A stretch of DNA of 64,000 nt from the NCBI GenBank assembly GCA_963841765.1, contig CAWJDZ010000004.1, forward strand, positions 4,677 through 68,676, written 5' to 3'. The translations under genes were made by a program, and so were the position numbers. Shown in pieces: positions 53,008-64,000 of this stretch. How positions within the stretch are numbered: the first letter of the stretch is position 1; each line of letters opens with the position of its first letter. Source of the stretch: an uncultured Alphaproteobacteria bacterium (GTDB lineage Bacteria; Pseudomonadota; Alphaproteobacteria; Rhizobiales; Aestuariivirgaceae). The notes beneath the pieces are model-generated. The model ran no database searches, had not been told where the DNA came from, and saw only the letters and a program-made list of their open reading frames with translations.

Positions 53008-53478
53008 TCAGATGCGTTTGCCGAATACAGCCCGGCTGTCGGTATAGGGCGAACGCCGCCTTGGCGTCATGGCGGCAGCAGCCGGGTTGATAGAGGCGTT
53101 AACCGAGGGGGCGCCATTGGAGTTCTGTAGAGGATCGGGACCGTAGTCGTTCGAGCCCACATCGCCACGCAGCACGCCGAGCTCGATGAGCTGCCAGATG
53201 CCCCGACGACTGGGATGAAGGCGATCAAGATCCACCAGGCTGATTTGCCACGATCATGATAGCGCTTGGTCATGACCGCGAGCGCGATCCATAGCACGAC
53301 CGGCCCGATGATGATGGGGACGCCGAGAAGCGGGATATTGTCATTCCGAAGGCCAGTCAGAAGGCGCACCCAGGAGAGCCCAGCCATTGCCGCCTGGACG
53401 AAACTGGCCTAGCCAATATTGCGCCCGGCCGATGCGGCCGCTGAAGATGAAGAGCAGTGCAAGCATGTTCATGACCAT
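53008..53478 (-). CDS. DUF805 family membrane protein (frameshifted)
   Basis: LF.FSGRIGR..YW, KRYHDRGKSAWW, LRG..GSNDYGPDP. Confidence 0.85.
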
Positions 53479-53553
53479 CCCCTTCACGGCGGAGGACGCC
53501 ACGTCTAACAGCCGGTCTTTAAGACCGACGTAAGGTGCCAGAACGGATTTTGC

Positions 53554-54391
53554 TCAGTCGCGCAACAATTCGTTGATCGCGGTCTTGGAGCGCGTCTTCT
53601 CGTCGACCCGCTTGACGATCACGGCGCAGTAGAGGCTCGGGCCAGCATCGCCGTTGGGCAAGGCCTTGCCGGGCAGGCTGCCCGAGACGACGACCGAATA
53701 GGGCGGCACGCGGCCCATGAACACCTCGCCGGTCGCGCGGTCGACGATCTTGGTCGATTGGCCGATATAGACGCCCATGCCGAGACACCGAGCCTTCGCC
53801 GATGACGACAGCCCTCGACCACTTCCGAGCGCGCGCCGATGAAGCAATTGTCCTCGATGATGGTGGGACCGGCCTGCATCGGCTCGAGAACGCCGCCGAT
53901 GCCGACGCCGCCCGAGAGATGCACGTTCTTGCCGATCTGGGCGCAGGAGCCGACCGTCGCCCAGGTGTCGACCATCGTGCCCTGATCGACATAGGCGCCG
54001 AGATTGACGAAGGACGGCATCAGCATCACGCCCGGCGCGATATAGGCCGAGCGCCGGACGACGCGCCCGGCACCGCTCGGAAACCCGCCTTGCGGAACTG
54101 CGTGGCGCTCCAGCCGTCGAATTTGGACGGCACCTTGTCCCACCATTTGGCCTTGCCCGGGCCGCCGCCAATGAGCGCCATGTCGTTGAGCCGGAAGGAC
54201 AGCAGCACCGCCTTCTTGAGCCACTGGTTGACGATCCACTCGCCGTCCTTCTTCTCGGCGACGCGGGCCTTGCCCTGGTCGAGGAGCAGCAGCACCTGGT
54301 CCACGGCCTTGCGCGCCGGGCCCTTGGTTTTCGGGCTGATCTTGTCGCGGCTTTCCCAGGCGGTTTCGATGATGGATTCAAGATCGGCCAT
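53554..54391 (-). CDS. dapD: Tetrahydrodipicolinate N-succinyltransferase (frameshifts)
   Basis: [56 protein letters not shown]. Confidence 0.96.
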
Positions 54392-54440
54392 GGCTGTCTC
54401 CCTTAAAGCGGGCGGCAAAGTATCGCCGCGCGACGCGAAG

Positions 54441-55134
54441 TCAATTGCGATCAGCGGCAAGTTTTGCCAGGAAAGCGGCGAGATCGTCGGTCACATGGTG
54501 GACATGCTTCTCGCCCGCCCCGCCATGGAGCTCATTGAGATGCTGGGCGTCCTTGTTGTCGGGCGAGGTTACGAGCACCGTCGTCATGCCGAGCTCATGC
54601 GGGGCCTCGAGATTGCGGGCGATGTCCTCGAACATCGCCGATGTGGTCGGGTTCGATGCCGGTCTCAGCAATGAACTTCCGGTAGGGGCCGATGGCGGGC
54701 TTGGGGATGTAATCGGAATGGACGATATCGAAGATGTCGCCGAAATGATGGGTGACGCCGATCCGCGCCAGCACCTTCTGCGCATGGACGATGGTGCCGT
54801 TGGTGAAGACGAGCTTGCGGCCGGGAAGCGCATGGAGCGCCTCATCGAGCGCCTGGTCGGCAGGGACCGGCGAGTGATCGATGTCATGCACATAATCGAG
54901 GAACTGGTCGGGCACGATGCGATGCTCGCTCATCAGTCCGCGCAGGGTCGTGCCGTATTTGTAGAAATAGGCCTTCTGGATGCGCCGGGCCTCGGCTTCA
55001 TCGATCCCCAGGAGGTTCGAGACGAAGGCGCCGATCCTGACATCGATCTGGTCGAACAGCCGGCAGCTCGCCGGATAGAGCGTGTTGTCGAGATCGAAGA
55101 TCCAGGTGTCGATATGGGCGAAGCCTCTGCTCAA
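54441..55134 (-). CDS. Pyrimidine 5'-nucleotidase (HAD family; frameshift near 54645)
   Basis: [35 protein letters not shown]. Confidence 0.93.
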
Positions 55135-55160
55135 GCGGGATGATCCTCTCTCCGCGATTT

Positions 55161-55317
55161 CCCCTTCTCCCGCGCGTAGCGTGGGAGAAGGTGGCGGAAG
55201 GCCGGATGGGGGCTCTTTTGTTCAGCAAGCAGGGACTCTAAGAGCATTTTCTTTGCAGACAAAGACCCCTCACCCGCCCTGTCTGGCACCCTCTCCCATC
55301 CTTCAGACGGGAGAGGG
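55161..55317. repeat. Palindromic intergenic repeat, family C, copy 1 (RIME-like)
   Basis: cccttctcccgcgcg.agcgtgggagaaggtggc.gaaggccggatg...ccctcacccgccct...ggcaccctctccc...gggagaggg. Confidence 0.88.
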
Positions 55318-55342
55318 AAACGTGGAGAAGGCTCTCGGATTG

Positions 55343-56239
55343 TCATACACCTGAGCGCGAGACGCGGGTGCCGACGCCATGGGGCGTGAAGAGCTCGAGC
55401 AGCACGCTGTGCGGCACGCGGCCGTCGAGGATGATGACGCCCTCGACGCCCGATTCGACCACCGACACGCAGCTTTCGATCTTGGGGATCATGCCGCCGG
55501 TGATGGTGCCCTCCTCGATCAGCTTTGGAATGCCGGCCAGCGTCAATTCGTGAATGAGTTCCTTGTTCTTGTCGAGCACGCCCGCGACGTCGGTGAGAAG
55601 CAGGAGGCGCTTGGCATGGAGCGCCGTGGCGATGGCGCCCGCCGCCGTGTCGGCATTCACATTGTAGCTCTCGCCGTCCATTCCGACCCCCACCGGTGCG
55701 ATGACCGGAATGGCATCGCTCTTGATGATGATCGTCAGGATATCGATATTGACGCGGTGCGGCTCGCCGACATAGCCGAAGTCGATCTTCTCGGTCTTGC
55801 CGGTCTCGGGATTGGTCTTGGTCTTGGTGAAGCGCTCGGCGATGAGCAGATTGCCGTCCTTGCCGGAAATGCCGACGGCGCGGCCGCCCGCCGGCTGGAT
55901 GAGGCCGACGATCGATTTGTTGATGGAGCCCGCGAGCACCATCTCGACCACATCCATCGTATCCTTGTCGGTGACGCGCAAGCCGTCGCGGAATTCCGAC
56001 TTGACCTGAAGCTTGTCGAGCATGCGGTTGATCTGCGGGCCGCCGCCATGCACCACCACCGGATGAATGCCGCACAGCTTCAGCATCACCATGTCGCGGG
56101 CGAATTTGCGCGCCAGTTCGGGATCGACCATGGCATGGCCGCCATATTTCACCACCACGATCTGATCGTCATAGCGCTGCAGGAACGGCAAGGCTTCGGA
56201 GAGGATGCGGGCGGTTTCGGTGGTCGAGATTTCGGACAT
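55343..56239 (-). CDS. argB: Acetylglutamate kinase
   Basis: [44 protein letters not shown]. Confidence 0.98.
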   Translation of the reverse strand: MSEISTTETARILSEALPFLQRYDDQIVVVKYGGHAMVDPELARKFARDMVMLKLCGIHPVVVHGGGPQINRMLDKLQVKSEFRDGLRVTDKDTMDVVEMVLAGSINKSIVGLIQPAGGRAVGISGKDGNLLIAERFTKTKTNPETGKTEKIDFGYVGEPHRVNIDILTIIIKSDAIPVIAPVGVGMDGESYNVNADTAAGAIATALHAKRLLLLTDVAGVLDKNKELIHELTLAGIPKLIEEGTITGGMIPKIESCVSVVESGVEGVIILDGRVPHSVLLELFTPHGVGTRVSRSGV

Positions 56240-56281
56240 GGCGGCAAAGGTCCCGAGCTTAAAATCCGAAGCGCTTATACT

Positions 56282-56950
56282 TCAATTGGGCGCGCTCACA
56301 AGACCCGCAATCTCGGCCCGTAGTTCCTCGAAACCGCGCCCCGAGACGCTCGATGTCAAATGCACCTCGGGATAGGCGGCGGGGTGCTTTTTGGCGACAG
56401 CACGGGTGTTCTCCAGGAGCGCGTCCTCGTCGGGCCTCGCGATCTTGTCGGTCTTGGTGAGCACGAGCTGGTAGGTGACGGCACTCTCGTCGAGCAGGGC
56501 CAACATCTCCTCATCAGCCTTGGTGAGGCCATGGCGGCTGTCGATGAGGACGAAGACGCGGGTGAGGCCCGGCCTGCCCCGCAAATAGGTCTTGAGCAGC
56601 CCTTGCCATTTCCTGACCTCGGACTTGGGCGCCTTGGCATAGCCGTAGCCCGGCATGTCGACGAGAGTCAGGCGGCCCGATCCTATATCGAAGAAATTGA
56701 GTTCGCGGGTGCGGCCCGGCGTGTTGGAGGCGCGGGCCAGGTCCCTGTGGTTGGTCAGCGCGTTGATGAGCGAGGACTTGCCGACATTGGAGCGGCCGGC
56801 GAAAGCGATCTCGGTCCCCTTGACCAAGGGCAGCTGTTCGATCCCGGCGACACCCATGACGAATGAGGCAGGTCCCGCGAAGAGGAGCCTGCCCCGTTCG
56901 ATCTGCTCAGCGGTCCACTCCGCTGTCAACCTGGGGGCACTCTCCATCAC
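56282..56950 (-). CDS. yihA: Ribosome biogenesis GTPase YihA/EngB
   Basis: GRSNVGKSS, TPGRT, DMPGYG, TKTDK. Confidence 0.97.
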   Translation of the reverse strand: MMESAPRLTAEWTAEQIERGRLLFAGPASFVMGVAGIEQLPLVKGTEIAFAGRSNVGKSSLINALTNHRDLARASNTPGRTRELNFFDIGSGRLTLVDMPGYGYAKAPKSEVRKWQGLLKTYLRGRPGLTRVFVLIDSRHGLTKADEEMLALLDESAVTYQLVLTKTDKIARPDEDALLENTRAVAKKHPAAYPEVHLTSSVSGRGFEELRAEIAGLVSAPN

Positions 56951-56952
56951 TT

Positions 56953-57110
56953 CCCTTCTCCCGCGCGCAGCGTGGGAGAAGGTGGCCGAAGGCCGGATGA
57001 GGGCTCTTTCACGAAGCGCGCGAGATTTTCAACAGCGCCTCTCGGCAGGCAAAGAGCCCTCACCCGCCCTATCGGGCACCCTCTCCCATTGATTCGCAAC
57101 GGGAGAGGGG
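56953..57110. repeat. Palindromic intergenic repeat, family C, copy 2
   Basis: Same arms as 55161-55317 with a different central loop. Confidence 0.88.
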
Positions 57111-57128
57111 GAAAATCGGAGACCGCTG

Positions 57129-58934
57129 TCACCCCGTCCCCGTGCTGCTCTTGCGTTTGAGGAAAGGCAGGCTGTTGCGGACATTGCCGAAGAAATTCAC
57201 CTCGACGCCCTGCCGCTTCATGATGAAGGACTGCTGCAGGATGGAGAGGAAGTTGTTCCAGGCCCAGTAGATCACGAGGCCGGCCGGGAAAGACGCGAGC
57301 ATGAAGGTGAACAGGATCGGCATCCAGTTGAAGAGCTGCGCCTGGACCGGATCGGGCGGCGTCGGGTTGAGCCGCATCTGCAGCCACATGGTGATGCCCA
57401 TGACGATCGGCCAGACGCCGAGCATTAGATAGGGGCCGATGACGGCACGTCGAGGGATCCAGGGAATGAGGCCGAAGAGGTTGAAGAGGGTGGTCGGATC
57501 GGGCGCCGAGAGGTCCCTGATCCAGCCGAAGAAGGGCGCATGGCGCATCTCGATGGTGACATAGATCACCTTGTAGAGCGCGAAGAACACCGGGATGGCG
57601 ATAAGGATCGGCAGACAGCCCGACAATGGCGAGACCTTTTCGCGCTTGTAGAGCGCCATGATCTCCTGCTGCTGCTTCATTCGGTCGTCGGGATGCGCCG
57701 CCTTGATCTTCTCCATCTCGGGCTGCAGCTTCTTCATCTTGCTCATCGATTCGTAGGACTTGTTCTGCAGCGGGAAGAACAGGAGCTTGACGATGACGGT
57801 GACGATGAGGATGGCGACGCCGAAATTGCCGACGATAGGACTTGATGTATTCGAGCAGCCAGAACAGCGGCTTGGTCAGGAAGTAGAACCAGCCCCAGTC
57901 GATCATGAGATCGAAGCGGTCGATCTTGTACTTCTCACCGATGGCGTTGATCTTCTGCACCACCTTGGCGCCGGCGAAGAGGCGGTCCTGGTAGGAGCCG
58001 ACGCCGCCGGCCGGAATGGTGATGGCGGTCTTGCCGAGATAATCGGTCTGATAGATGTCGCGCCAGTTGTGGGTGATGTGCTGGAACTTGCCGGTGAGGT
58101 CGGCGGTCTGATCGGGGATCAAGGCGGCCGCCCAGTATTTGTCGGTGAAGCCGAGCCAGCCGCCGGTCGAGTCCTTGGAGATTTCCTTCTGGTCGTCCTT
58201 CAGGTCCGAATAGTAAACCTCCTCAAGCTCACCCTTGAGGACGCCGATCAGGCCCTCGAACAGCACATAGATGCCATCCACCTTGGGCGTGCCCTGGCGC
58301 TGGATGCGGGCATAGGGAAAGAGCGAGACGGGACCGGCGGTCTTGTTGGTCACGTCCTGCTTGATGCTGAAGAGATAGTCGTCGTCCACCGTGATGGTGC
58401 GGGTGAAGACGAGGCCTTCGCCATTGTCCCAGGTGAGGGTGAGGGGCTTGCCGGGTGCGAGCACGGCATCGGCCGGCGCCTGCCATTCGGTCTTGGGATC
58501 GGGGAGCTTGGCGGTGGTGCCCGCCGCTGGAACGAAGCCCTGCTCGGCGAAATAGCCGCCGGCCGTGCCTGAGGGATTGAGCAAGCGCGATCTCGGGGCT
58601 CTTGGGATCGACGGTTTCGCGATAGCTGCTTGAGACGGAGGTCGTCGAACTGGGCGCCGACGAGATTGAGCGTGCCGTCGATGACCGGCGTGTCGATCTT
58701 GATGCGCTTCGTCGTGGAAATCGCCTGATCGCGCGGGACGGTGACCTGCTGCGTGGTGCCCGGCACCGTGGCGCCCGGCTGCTCCTGCGGGTTCTGGTCG
58801 TTACTCCCTGACTCTGTGGTCTGCGGTCTCGAGCTTCTGCTGCGTCGGCACGGCGTAGAAATATTGCCAGCCCGAAAATGATCGCCATCGGAGAGGACGA
58901 TCGCCAGAATGAAGTTCTTGTTGTCATCCTGCAT
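57129..58934 (-). CDS. yidC: Membrane protein insertase YidC (several frameshifts)
   Basis: [62 protein letters not shown]. Confidence 0.96.
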
Positions 58935-58946
58935 GGGCAGTTCCGT

Positions 58947-59294
58947 TCACTTGGCCGGTGTGCAGCCATGTTCAAGGCTGTCCGAATGTCATTCTGAAGG
59001 CTCGAAAACGGCCGATCGAGGCCGGAGGCCCTGCCGATCAGCACATAATCGTGGCCCGGTTCTGCAAGCCAGGCACCGTGAGGCGCGCCGCTTCGCGCAG
59101 GCGCCGCTTGACGCGGTTGCGCGTCACGGCATCGCCCAGCTTCTTCGTCACCGTGAAGCCGAGACGCGCCGGCTTTCCGTCCTTGCGGTCGCGCATCTGC
59201 ACGACGACGCCCTTGGCGGCAAAGGATCTCGCCTGCGCGGCGGCGAGAAAATCCTGCCGTTTCAGAGGCGATCTATCGTCGCTGCGGGGCTCAA
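58947..59294 (-). CDS. rnpA: Ribonuclease P protein component (frameshifted)
   Basis: LKRQDFL, RLGFTVTKKLGDAVTRNRVKRRLREAAR, DYVLIGR; lies between rpmH and yidC. Confidence 0.93.
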
Positions 59295-59307
59295 TGCCCC
59301 GGCCCGC

Positions 59308-59442
59308 TTAAGCCGACAGCCGCTTGCGGCCTTGCGACCGGCGGCGCGCAATCACCTTGCGGCCGCCCTTGGTCGCCATGCGGGCACGAAAGCCATGGCG
59401 GCGCTTGCGGACAAGCTTGGAGGGTTGAAAAGTGCGCTTCAC
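59308..59442 (-). CDS. rpmH: 50S ribosomal protein L34
   Basis: [44 protein letters not shown] (manual translation, GTG start). Confidence 0.98.
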   Translation of the reverse strand: MKRTFQPSKLVRKRRHGFRARMATKGGRKVIARRRSQGRKRLSA

Positions 59443-59776
59443 GATCGTTCTCCGTCATCAGCCCTCCTTCCGGCGCTCGATCCATGAACCGGGCAGCCGG
59501 CCCGGAGAGCGCCCCAGAGAGCAATTTCACTCGCTTCAGGAATGGCGCGGCTTATATGGTGAAAGGGCGAACAAAGTCAACTTTCCAGGCACATTGTGGA
59601 GAACCCGCGGGCGCGTGATCTCGTCGCGACTGCTGAGACAAATTACAGCCGCGCAGTCGCATAATTATGGATTTGGCTGCAATATCAATATTCTGGGGAG
59701 ATTGTGAAGACCGCCCCGCGGTTTATAGGCGGGTCTCCCTTGGTCCCCGCCCGGCCAATGTTAGTGTGCCGCCGCA

Positions 59777-61267
59777 ATGACCGAACCCGCATCACCTCCA
59801 CGCGACAGCGCCGGCCTCTCGCACGGCCTGTCCGGCAAGCTGCTGCTTCTCACCATTCTCTTCGTAATGCTGGGCGAAGTCCTGATCTTCCTGCCCTCGA
59901 TCGCCAATTTCCGCCTCAACTGGCTGAAGAACCGCGTCGCCCAGGCCGAGATCGCCGCACTTGCGGTCGAGGCCGCACCCGACCAGATGCTGTCCGGGGA
60001 CTCGAAAACCGAGCTCCTCACGGGCGCCGGCGTCCTGGTCGTCTCGCTCAAGAAAGGCGATACCCGCCAGCTCGATCCTGCGCGAGCGACAGCTATGACA
60101 TGATCGATGAGAGCTTCGATCTGCGCGAGACGCGCACGATGCCTGCGATCGTGGATGCCTTCGAGGCTCTCGTCGCCGGCAATGGCCGGGTGATCGGCGT
60201 GACCGATGTGCCGCCCAACAGTTCGGGCGAGATCATCGATGTGGCGCTGGACGAGGCGCCGCTTGCGCGCGGCGATGCTGCGCTATGCGCTCAACATCTT
60301 CCTCATGTCGCTGATCCTGTCGCTGCTCGTGGCGGGCCTCGTCTTCCTCGCCCTCAACCAGGTGCTGGTCAAGCCGATGCGGCGCTCTCCGCCAATATGC
60401 TGGCCTTCGGCTCGGCGCCCGAGAATCCTCAGCGCATCATCGCGCCCTCGCGAGCGCCAAGACGAGATCGGCATCGCCGAGCGCGAATTGCGCGCCATGC
60501 AGCTCGAGCTCTCATCCTCCTCACCCAGAAGAGCCATCTCGCCGCCCTTGGGCTCGGCGGTCAGCAAGGTCAGCCATGACCTGCGCAACATGCTTGTCCT
60601 CGGCGCATCTCATTTCCGACCGGCTGGCGATGGTCAACGATCCGACGGTCCAGAAATTCGCGCCTAAGCTCATCGCCTCGCTCGACCGGGCAATCGCGCT
60701 GTGCGTGCAGACGCTCAAATATCGGCCGCGCCGAGGAGGCGCCGCCGCGGCGCGACAAATTCATCCTGGCGCTTCTCGTCGATGAGGTGATCGAGAGCGT
60801 CGCGGTCAGGCCTCGAGCCGGATCGTGCTCTACAACAACGTGCCGCAGAATCTCTCCGTCGATGCCGACCGCGACCAGTTGTTCCGCATACTGACCAATC
60901 TGGTGCGCAATGCGATCAGACGCGATCGAGAGCGCGCAGGCCGAGGGCATCAGCTCAGGAGGGCGCCATCACGCTGAAGGCCTGGCGCGAAGGCGCGATC
61001 GTCACGGCGAGCGTCGCCGACAACGGCCCCGGCATTGCCGATCACCTGCGCGAGCGCCTGTTCGAGGCGTTCCAGAGCGCCGCCAAGCCCGGCGGCACCG
61101 GCCTCGGCCTCACGATCGCCGCCGAACTGGTTCGCGCCCATGGCGGCGAAATGTGGCTCTCGGCGACAGGTCCCGAGGGCACGTGCTTCCTGATGACGCT
61201 GCCCGACCGGATGAGCGAATTGCGCCAGGGCAAGCGCGGCGAACGCAGGCCGGCGCTGGATGGCTAA
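59777..61267 (+). CDS. HAMP sensor histidine kinase (many frameshifts)
   Basis: GLSGKLLLLTILFVML.EVLIF.PS, DEIG.AE, KVSHDLRNML, ILTNLVRNA, DNGPG, GGTGLGL. Confidence 0.9.
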
Positions 61268-62286
61268 GACGGATGCGGTCGCAGCCCGGCCCGCGCAATC
61301 TCATCAGCGAGTCGCGGGCATCAAGGTCGGCAATGCCGGAGAACTGGCTGGCGCTCACCGGCACCACCGTCATCCTCCCCGATCGGCCTGCGGTGGCCGC
61401 CGATCGAGATCGGCGGCGGCGCGCCGGGCAGCCGCGAGACGGCGGTGCTCGATCCCGCCAACCTGGTCGAGCACATGCATGCCGTGGTGTTGTCGGGAGG
61501 CTCGGTCTTCGGCCTCGATGCGGCATCGTGCGTCATTATCGAGCTGTCGAAGCGCGGCATCGGCTTCACTTTCGGCGCGCAGCCTGTGCCCTGCCCGCTC
61601 GTTCCCGCTGCCATGCTGTTCGACATCATGAATGGCGGCGCCAAATGGCCCGATGCCGAGCCACCCTATCGCGAGCTGGGCCCGGCGGCGCTCGCCGCGG
61701 CGAAAGCCGAATTCGAGCTCGGCAACACGGGCGCAGGCCTTGGCGCCATTGCGGGACGGCTCAAAGGCGGGCTCGGCAGCGCCTCGTCCGCTGGCGCGAT
61801 TTCACCGTCGGCGCACTCGTCGCGGTCAATTGGGTCGGCTCTTGCGTCATTCCCGGCACCGGTCGTTTGTGGGCGCGGGATTTCGCAGCTGGCGACGAGA
61901 TGGGCCCGGCGCAGTCCCGCGATGGCGCCAAGCCCGCAGCGCCGCCGCTCGAGGACACGAAGTTCGATCCGAAGCCGCAGCAGAACACAACGATTGCCGT
62001 CGTGGCGACAGACGCGACGCTCTCGCGGGTCGAGGCCCGCCGTTTCGCCATCATGGCACGGGACGGCATGGCGCGCGCCATCCGGCCGGCGCATACGCCA
62101 TTCGACGGCGACACTGTGTTCGCACTGGCGACCGGACGGAAGCCATTGCCGGGGCAGCGGCAGCTGGTGCTCACCGCGCTCGGCAGCATCGCCGCCGACA
62201 CACTGGCGCGCGCCATCGGGCGCGCCCTGTGGGCGGCGGAGAGTGCGGGCGGGTTCTTGAGCTATCGCGAGACTTTCCACCTCTGA
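61260..62286 (+). CDS. P1/S58 (DmpA-like) aminopeptidase (frameshifts)
   Basis: VAGIKVGNA, GGAPGSRET..LDP, LSGGS.FGL, GNTGAG.GA, KGGLGSAS, NTTIAVVATD, HTPFDGD. Confidence 0.9.
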
Positions 62287-62480
62287 TGACATCAACGCTC
62301 AGGGAGATCGCTTCGGGCCTGGCTTTTCCCGAGGGGCCGGTGATGCTGCCCGATGGCGGGTTGATCGTGGTCGGGATCACCAAGCTTGCGTCACGCGCAT
62401 CGACAGAAGCGGCCGCAAGACCATCATCGCGACGCCGGGCGGCGGAGCCAATAGCGCGGCCTTCGCTTGAGCACGCTTGA
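62286..62480 (+). pseudogene. Truncated duplicate of the 5' end of the downstream SMP-30 gene
   Basis: MTSTLREIASGLAFPEGPVMLPDGGLIVV is nearly identical to 62814 onwards, then decays. Confidence 0.8.
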
Positions 62481-62813
62481 GGAAAATCCAATGCCGGACA
62501 ATTCGGGATCACCAACATTTTCGGCGCGGCCGATTGGGTCTGCGCCGAATTGTTCTGCAGACGCGGCACCAAAATGAATGTGCCCGGCAGCTTCTCGCCC
62601 CGGGCGCATCTTTTTCCAATTCTGATATTTCCGACTCTCACGCTTACGCACACGATGTCAATAGTCGTGATGACAAGAAGATTGCGCCGATCACGAAAGA
62701 GGGATGAGGATGTGCGAATCCGCTAGTGTCCTTCGCCGGGATAAGGGAAATAGTCGGGTGAAGATTTCGCACGGAGCAGCGTGAGTGATTCCCGGTACCA
62801 GACCATGAGAGAC

Positions 62814-63809
62814 ATGACATCCGCTTTGAGCGAAATCGCTTCGGGCCTCGCCTTTCCCGAGGGGCCGGTGATGCTGCCCGATGGCGGGCTGATCGTGGTG
62901 GAGATCGCCAGGGCCTGCGTAACGCACATCGGCCGCGACGGTCGCAAGACCGTCATCGCGCGGCCCGGCGGCGGACCCAATGGCGCGGCCTTCGGCCCGG
63001 ACGGCCATCTCTATATTTGCAACAATGGCGGCTTTGCCTGGGAGACGGCCGAGGGCCGGCTGATGCCGGCCGGTCAAGCGAGCGACTATGGCGGGGGGCG
63101 AATCGAGCGCATCGCCATCGAGACGGGCAAGGTGGATGTGCTCTATGCGAGCTGCGATGGCCGAATGCTCAAAGGCCCGAACGACCTCGTCTTCGATCGA
63201 CACGGCGGCTTCTATTTCACCGATCACGGCAAGCGTCGTTCGCGCGATGTCGATCTGGGCGGGCTCTATTACGCCAAGACCGACGGCAGCCTGATCCGCG
63301 AGCTGGTGCAGCCGATGATCATGCCGAATGGCGTCGGCCTCTCACCCGATGAGAGCGCCGTCTATGTCGCCGAGACGCGCACCGGCCATCTCTGGGCATT
63401 CGATATCGTGTCGCCGGGCGTGATTGAGAAAAAGCCGCCGCATGAGAATGGCGGCAGGCATCTCGCGGGGCCATCCGGGTTCACGTCGTTCGATTCACTT
63501 GCGGTCGAGCGGCAAGGCAATATCTGCGTCGCGTCCCTTGTGCTGGGTGGCATCAATGTGGTGGCGCCCGATGGCGGCTTCGTCGAATTCATCGCCATGC
63601 CCGATCCCTTTTGCACCAATTTGTGCTTCGGCGGGCCTGATCTGATGACGGCCTGTGTCACCTTGTCGAGCACCGGACGGCTGGTGAGCCTGCCCTGGGC
63701 GCGGCCGGGGCTCAGGCTCAATTTCGAGCCGTGCGCCTCCCGGCAATACGCTGGTCTGCAGGCCACGGGCGGAACCTCGATCGGAGCTGCATCCCCATCC
63801 CCGGAATAG
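62814..63809 (+). CDS. SMP-30/gluconolactonase/LRE family protein
   Basis: FPEGP, GGPNG, GPNDLVFD, PNGVGLSPD, DSLAV, TNLCFGG. Confidence 0.93.
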   Translation: MTSALSEIASGLAFPEGPVMLPDGGLIVVEIARACVTHIGRDGRKTVIARPGGGPNGAAFGPDGHLYICNNGGFAWETAEGRLMPAGQASDYGGGRIERIAIETGKVDVLYASCDGRMLKGPNDLVFDRHGGFYFTDHGKRRSRDVDLGGLYYAKTDGSLIRELVQPMIMPNGVGLSPDESAVYVAETRTGHLWAFDIVSPGVIEKKPPHENGGRHLAGPSGFTSFDSLAVERQGNICVASLVLGGINVVAPDGGFVEFIAMPDPFCTNLCFGGPDLMTACVTLSSTGRLVSLPWARPGLRLNFEPCASRQYAGLQATGGTSIGAASPSPE

Positions 63810-63893
63810 GGCAAAAAGCGCGGCTTGCCTTTATGGGAAGGCCGTATTACAGAGGCGCCGGCGGACGGCCAGGCCGTCTCCTTATCCCAATGC

Positions 63894-63972
63894 GCGCCCG
63901 TAGCTCAGCTGGATAGAGCACCAGACTACGAAATTTGGGGGTCGGAGGTTCGAAATCCTTTCGGGCGCGCCA
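63894..63972 (+). tRNA. tRNA-Arg(ACG)
   Basis: GCGCCCGTAGCTCAGCTGGATAGAGC..CTACGAA..GGTTCGAA.TCC..CGGGCGCGCCA; two extra A bases are probably sequencing errors. Confidence 0.93.
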
Positions 63973-64000
63973 GCTTCCCTCCGTATCGACTAGTCTTTGC

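Noticed and set aside
38428-61267. Mass pseudogenisation or programmed frameshifting in tsaC, xseB, fabI, dapD, yidC, rnpA and others
   Set aside because: Many of these genes are essential and the indels are scattered single bases, often compensating. Sequencing error is far more likely.
63894-63972. tRNA-Arg as a pseudo-tRNA or as the att site of the prophage remnant
   Set aside because: The defects sit at GAATC error-prone sites. No integrase or duplicated tRNA 3' end was seen in the window.

Overview
GC-rich alphaproteobacterial (Hyphomicrobiales-like) chromosomal window in two parts. About 1-30 kb is an accessory region built on decayed prophage pieces: spanin-like lysis genes, a CI-like repressor with operator arrays, and a DUF6456-like gene. 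Between these lie general-stress genes, secreted low-complexity proteins, two FecR-domain paralogs, an autotransporter and an SBP-HAMP-MFS block. About 30-64 kb is core genome: urease operon ureDABCEFG, tsaC/sua5, xseB, tlyA, bioY, fabI, aroC, truA, dapE, dapD, argB, yihA, yidC, rnpA, rpmH and tRNA-Arg(ACG). Indels break many essential genes, so most frameshifts are probably long-read sequencing errors, and several substitutions fall at GANTC sites. The best candidate for an undescribed system is at 0.66-5.26 kb. An AsnB-type glutamine amidotransferase sits beside four paralogous peptide genes that share a 'PNLL(E/D)L(V/A)EA' leader and carry about 15 repeated '(D/E)LS(L/V/I)C(G/A)D(E/K)G' cores. 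Three of the four end in a self-cleaving peptidase-S74/ICA domain. This looks like a multi-core RiPP precursor family carried as cargo in a phage lysis cassette. Family assignments come from motif recognition by eye; no database searches were run.
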